A stretch of DNA of 64,000 nucleotides from an uncultured cyanobacterium (GTDB lineage: Bacteria; Cyanobacteriota; Cyanobacteriia; CAKZMO01): assembly GCA_963719515.1 (NCBI GenBank), contig CAVRCJ010000010.1, forward strand, positions 32,001 through 96,000, written 5' to 3'. Below the pieces are notes generated by a model. The model was given only the letters and a program-made list of their open reading frames with translations. It did no database searches and had not been told where the DNA came from. The position numbers and the translations under genes are program-made. The stretch's first letter is position 1. Each line of letters starts with the position of its first letter. This document shows positions 59,992 through 64,000 of the stretch, one piece after another.

Positions 59992-62799
59992 CTAACCCTC
60001 TCCCACGATTTGCTGAAACCACTCGTCGCGGCGCAGGCGGGCAAAGGTATTGTCCGTGCGGGCTTCAGACTGATAGCGGCTCTCTAGCTCGATTGCCCGC
60101 TGCAGGTTCTCTAGCCCCAGATCGATTTCTCCCTGGTTCACGTAGGAAGCTGCCTTGCCGTAGTAAGCGGGGGCGTGGTCGGGCTGCAGCGCTAGCACCT
60201 GGTCCAGGCTAGCGATCGCCTCCTTGAACTGCCGCAGCGCCGCCTGGCTATTGCCCCGGTTCAGGTAAGCTTTGTAAGATTTTGGGTTCAGCTCTAGGGC
60301 ATGGTCAAAGGAGTCAACGGCGTCTTCATGGCGCTCTAGCTCCACTAAGGCCAGGCCCCGATTCAGCCAGGCTACCGCGTCTCCCGACTCAATTCCCACA
60401 GCCTTGTCGAACGACTCAAAGGCGTCCTCATGGCGCTGCAGAATTCCCAGGGCCACCCCCCGATTCACCCAGGCCTCGTGGTAGTCGGGCTTCAGCTCCA
60501 CCGCTTTATCAAAGGACTCCAGCGCCGTCTCCCGGTCCTTGAGGCGGTTGAGGACAATACCGCGATTTAGCCAGGCTTTGGGATCGTCCGGCTGCAGCTG
60601 CACCACCTCATCTAAAGCTGCTAAAGCGGCGTCGTACTGCTTCATCTCTTTGAGCGCCAGACCCCGGTAGTACCAGGGAACTGGATTTTTAGGAGCCAAA
60701 TCAATCGCCTGGTCGAAGTTGGCGATCGCCTCGTTAAACTCCTGTAGCTCGGCTAAGGCCAGCCCCCGCCGATACCACAGGTCTGCGTTTTTGGGCCGCA
60801 GCTCCAGCGCCTGATCGTAGGTGGCGATCGCCTCCCGGTAGCTGCCCTGTTCTGCCTGCTGGGCGGCCTGAATGACGTAGTCATCAATGGCCATAAACAG
60901 CTCAGGGTGGTTAGATTTCAGGGCATCCAGCAGCTGGGTCATCGAATCTAGCCGCTGCTGGGCTTCATCAATGAAGGTGCCGGCCACCACCTCGGGGGTC
61001 AGCTCAGACAGCCGCGTCAGAATGTCCTGCTTGCGGGCGTCAGCGTCTTGCTTAAGGTCGCCCAAGGCCTTGGACATGTCTCGCTCCAAGTCCCGCAGGT
61101 GCTGCAGGGTTTGATTACGGCCATCCATCGCCCCTGATTCCAGCTCGGCGAGCTTAGCGTCAAATCGCTTTTCAAGAGATTCAACGCTCTGACGCAGCCG
61201 GTCTTTTTGATTCTTAACGGCGGTTTTCATGTCGCCAAGCTGGTCGGAAATCTCACCGTCGGCCCGCTCTAGCGTAGAAAATACGGTCTCGCTGCGCCGC
61301 TTGACGTCGCCCTGAAGAGCATCCATCTCCTGGGAGAACTGAGCTTCTAAGGACTTCAAATGGGTCTGAATGCCGCCTTTGTGGGTCTCTGTCTCCGCTT
61401 CTAGCGTCGCTTTTTGGGCGTCAAATACCTCTGAGAGCTGGTCTAGGTAGTCCCGAATCGCGGCCTGCTGCGTCTCTGCCTCACTCTGGAGCGACTGCAG
61501 CTGCTGGGTAACGCGCTCTTCCAGCTGAGTTAGGGTCTGCTGGACCGCGCCCTGCTGCTCGGCTACGCTTCCCTGCATCTGGTCAAGCTGCTGAGTGAGC
61601 TCGTCCGACAGCCGGTGGACGTTCCTCCGCAGCTCGTCCCGCTCTTGGTCAGTGGTCGACCTCACGCTGGCAACGTCAGCTTCTAGCGCCCGCTGAAGCT
61701 GCTGCATTCGCTCGGTGGCCTGGGCGCGATCGCCCTTAGCGTCATTTTCGAGCTGAGACAGCTGCTCCCGGTAAGCCTGCTCAATTTGCCGGAACTCGTC
61801 AACCAGTCGGGTTTGCTGCTCTTGCACCAGCGATCGCACGCGGTTGATGTCCTGCTGGGCCTCATCCTGCACCCCCTGCAGCTGCTCGATTCCCGTACGC
61901 GCCTGCTCCTGCACCTGCTGCTGAGCTTCGGCGCGGAGGCTGTCAAGCTGTGGCGCAAGCTGCTGCTGGAGCGCTCGCAGTTCGCTGACAATTTGGTCTC
62001 GGTCAGAGGCCGCCCCGGCGGTGAGCTGCTGCAGCCGCTGTCGGGTATCGGTTCGGGCCTGGGTCAGATCCTGCAGCAGCTCTGTTTGCTGGCCGTCTAT
62101 ATCGTGGCGGCGCTGGTTGAGCTCTTCGTTAAATTGGCCGCCGGAGGCGTCCAAGGCCTCAATCACCGCCGCTTTTTTCTCCGTCAGGGTCTTCTGATAC
62201 TGGGGAATTGAATCTATAAAAGAGGCTTCCGCCGAGCTGAGCCGCTGCTGGGCTGACTCTAGGGAAGCGCTGAGGGTGTCAGTAGCCCGCTGCTGGATCT
62301 GCTTCAGCTCTTCTGAAAGCCGGGCTAGGCGCTGGTGTCGGTCTTCGACGGACGTTTCAAAGGCTTCGGCTTCTTTTCCAAGATCATCGGCAAAGACTTC
62401 AAACTCCTGCACAACGCTGCTCACCTCACGCTTGGCGCTGTCGATTTCCCCCCGCAGATCCCCCAGCTCTTTGAGGTGGCCCTGCACAATCTCCGTCACT
62501 TCCCGCAGCACCGATCGCCGCAGCAGCCATAGGGCCGCGATCGCCGCCACCAGCAGCAAACCCAGCACCCCCAGCATGACGTTGAATAGAGTAGTGGTGC
62601 GCTCCACCTGCTCTAGCCGCAGCTCTAGGAGCTCTTGGGCAGAGGTGTCGGATTGAGCTAGTAGGGTAGACGCAGAGAGCGGCATGACGCTGGCTTGAGC
62701 CGGAGCCGCGCTGACGCTTCCCATCACGAGGAAGGCGATCGCGAGCACCGTACTGCTGCGAGAAATCCAGGTCAAAAAGTTGAACGTTAAATGCGTCAT
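59992..62799 (-). CDS. Membrane-anchored long coiled-coil protein with C-terminal TPR array
   Basis: Signal-like N-terminus (ATG 62799 preferred), TM LGVLGLLLVAAIAALWLL, Q/E/L-rich coiled coil, about 8 AW.NRG-type TPRs. Confidence 0.85.
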   Translation of the reverse strand: MTHLTFNFLTWISRSSTVLAIAFLVMGSVSAAPAQASVMPLSASTLLAQSDTSAQELLELRLEQVERTTTLFNVMLGVLGLLLVAAIAALWLLRRSVLREVTEIVQGHLKELGDLRGEIDSAKREVSSVVQEFEVFADDLGKEAEAFETSVEDRHQRLARLSEELKQIQQRATDTLSASLESAQQRLSSAEASFIDSIPQYQKTLTEKKAAVIEALDASGGQFNEELNQRRHDIDGQQTELLQDLTQARTDTRQRLQQLTAGAASDRDQIVSELRALQQQLAPQLDSLRAEAQQQVQEQARTGIEQLQGVQDEAQQDINRVRSLVQEQQTRLVDEFRQIEQAYREQLSQLENDAKGDRAQATERMQQLQRALEADVASVRSTTDQERDELRRNVHRLSDELTQQLDQMQGSVAEQQGAVQQTLTQLEERVTQQLQSLQSEAETQQAAIRDYLDQLSEVFDAQKATLEAETETHKGGIQTHLKSLEAQFSQEMDALQGDVKRRSETVFSTLERADGEISDQLGDMKTAVKNQKDRLRQSVESLEKRFDAKLAELESGAMDGRNQTLQHLRDLERDMSKALGDLKQDADARKQDILTRLSELTPEVVAGTFIDEAQQRLDSMTQLLDALKSNHPELFMAIDDYVIQAAQQAEQGSYREAIATYDQALELRPKNADLWYRRGLALAELQEFNEAIANFDQAIDLAPKNPVPWYYRGLALKEMKQYDAALAALDEVVQLQPDDPKAWLNRGIVLNRLKDRETALESFDKAVELKPDYHEAWVNRGVALGILQRHEDAFESFDKAVGIESGDAVAWLNRGLALVELERHEDAVDSFDHALELNPKSYKAYLNRGNSQAALRQFKEAIASLDQVLALQPDHAPAYYGKAASYVNQGEIDLGLENLQRAIELESRYQSEARTDNTFARLRRDEWFQQIVGEG

Positions 62800-63197
62800 C
62801 GAAAATACCCCTACGAGCTGGGCGGTAAGCGTTGGAACAAAGTTGGGCCAGTCTGCCAAAAGACCATACCCCATATTCCCATATCGCAACTGTAGCTTAG
62901 GATCACCGTGGTCTGATGGGACTCTCCGCCGCCGCCTCCACAAGCTGACTCCCACTGACGGTGGGCCGGCGGGTCATGAAAGCTTTATAAGCCCGGCTAG
63001 CGATCGCCGAATCAGCAGCTTTTCAAGGTCTATGCCGAAATTTCATAGAGGCCGTCCTACGAAATGATCCCCCGTTTTCTCTCTGCAGAAGCCGCGATTA
63101 TACGCGATGAAAATTTCGCGATACCCTCTTTTATTTCTGGAAAACATCCTATAGGATGCCTGGTATATGGCCCCTTGTGGCGGCAAGAAATAGATCT

Positions 63198-63242
63198 AGC
63201 GCCGCGGTAGCGTCTCAGATGAGTCCGCTACCGCGGCGCTTT
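63198..63242 (+). terminator. Strong GC-rich hairpin in a divergent intergenic region
   Basis: AGCGCCGCGGTAGCG / CGCTACCGCGGCGCT perfect 15-bp arms, short T run after. Confidence 0.55.
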
Positions 63243-63304
63243 CAAAACTTGGTTGACAGTCTACATTTCACTCAAACAATTTTAGTTAAACGAAGGATTT
63301 ACCG

Positions 63305-63763
63305 ATGGGACTATCCGAAAGCTTTTCTCGACTCTGTCACTCTTACCTCAATCTAGCCGACCGCTTTCAGCAGCTCGACGTTGAGCATATGGCCCTCAAA
63401 AAACGCCTAGTGCCCCTGCTGCACAACTTCAAAGGTCAGCAAGAGGAGATCGATGGGCTGATGGCGCAAAATCAGGCCCTGTCGCAGCAGCTAGAGGCGA
63501 TGACCGTTAAATACGAGGCGGTGAAATCTCTGGAGAGCGTCATTGGCCCCGAGCTGCAGTCTTTGCTCAAAGAAGCCGAAGCGCAGGCCGATCTGGTGGA
63601 TGAGACCATTCTCGAGATGGACAGCGACAGCATGCCGGGGCTCACCCCCTACGACAAACAAATTCTAGATCAGTTCTTCAGCCACCCGGAGCAGTTCGCT
63701 CCGGCGGAGGGGAGCGATCGCAGCGGTCACTCTGTCCCTGTCGAAGCGGCTAAAGCATCCTAG
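63305..63763 (+). CDS. Hypothetical coiled-coil protein
   Basis: 152-aa ORF with heptad pattern; GAAGGA upstream. Confidence 0.75.
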   Translation: MGLSESFSRLCHSYLNLADRFQQLDVEHMALKKRLVPLLHNFKGQQEEIDGLMAQNQALSQQLEAMTVKYEAVKSLESVIGPELQSLLKEAEAQADLVDETILEMDSDSMPGLTPYDKQILDQFFSHPEQFAPAEGSDRSGHSVPVEAAKAS

Positions 63764-63769
63764 AATCCG

Positions 63770-64000
63770 CTAGACGTCACCTTCCCCCTCAAACAGGGTG
63801 TCCAGCGGCTCCGCCTCTAGGCCCAGCGCCTCCCGCAGGTAGCGCGCCAGCGTATCCGACTGGCCGTGGGTGACGTAGATCTTTTCCGCCTGGGTTTCTT
63901 TTACCGTCTGCACTAGCCCCGGCCAGTCGGCGTGGTCTGAGAGCACAAACCCCCGCTCATAACCCCGCCGCCGTCGCGCGCCCCGTACCGCCATCCACCC
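63770..64000 (-). CDS. Ligase-associated DNA damage response exonuclease (MBL/beta-CASP), C-terminal part
   Basis: GWMAVRG..RR, FVLSDHADWPGL, VTHG; runs off window end. Confidence 0.85.
   Translation of the reverse strand, partial: GWMAVRGARRRRGYERGFVLSDHADWPGLVQTVKETQAEKIYVTHGQSDTLARYLREALGLEAEPLDTLFEGEGDV

Overview
This is a 64 kb stretch of cyanobacterial chromosome with moderately high GC. The assignment rests on the very frequent HIP1 octamer GCGATCGC and on OCP/FRP, pcyA, ycf39, CRR6 and ycf55-like genes. A filamentous Leptolyngbya/Nodosilinea-like host is a guess. Most of the window is housekeeping: lysC, cobB, P450-lipB, TetR-devBCA, ftsI, split pntA with pntB, argB, hflX, azlCD, glycosyltransferases, crcB and a Fur-family gene. 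I found no rRNA, tRNA, CRISPR array or intact transposase. The most interesting block is 34.6-42.9 kb. It holds (i) a chromosomal, translationally coupled ParM-like actin plus RHH-adaptor pair with no plasmid context and no parC-like array, (ii) an NLR-like caspase-STAND-TM-WD40 protein with an intact catalytic dyad, convergent with a TerB-like gene, and (iii) an hflX whose conserved N-terminus can only start at a non-AUG codon (ATC). Non-coding points of interest are a dispersed ~105 bp structured repeat with compensatory stem changes, a REP cluster inside the pnt operon, a MITE-like element and stop-codon-spanning micro-duplications. All family assignments come from motif recognition; no database search was run.
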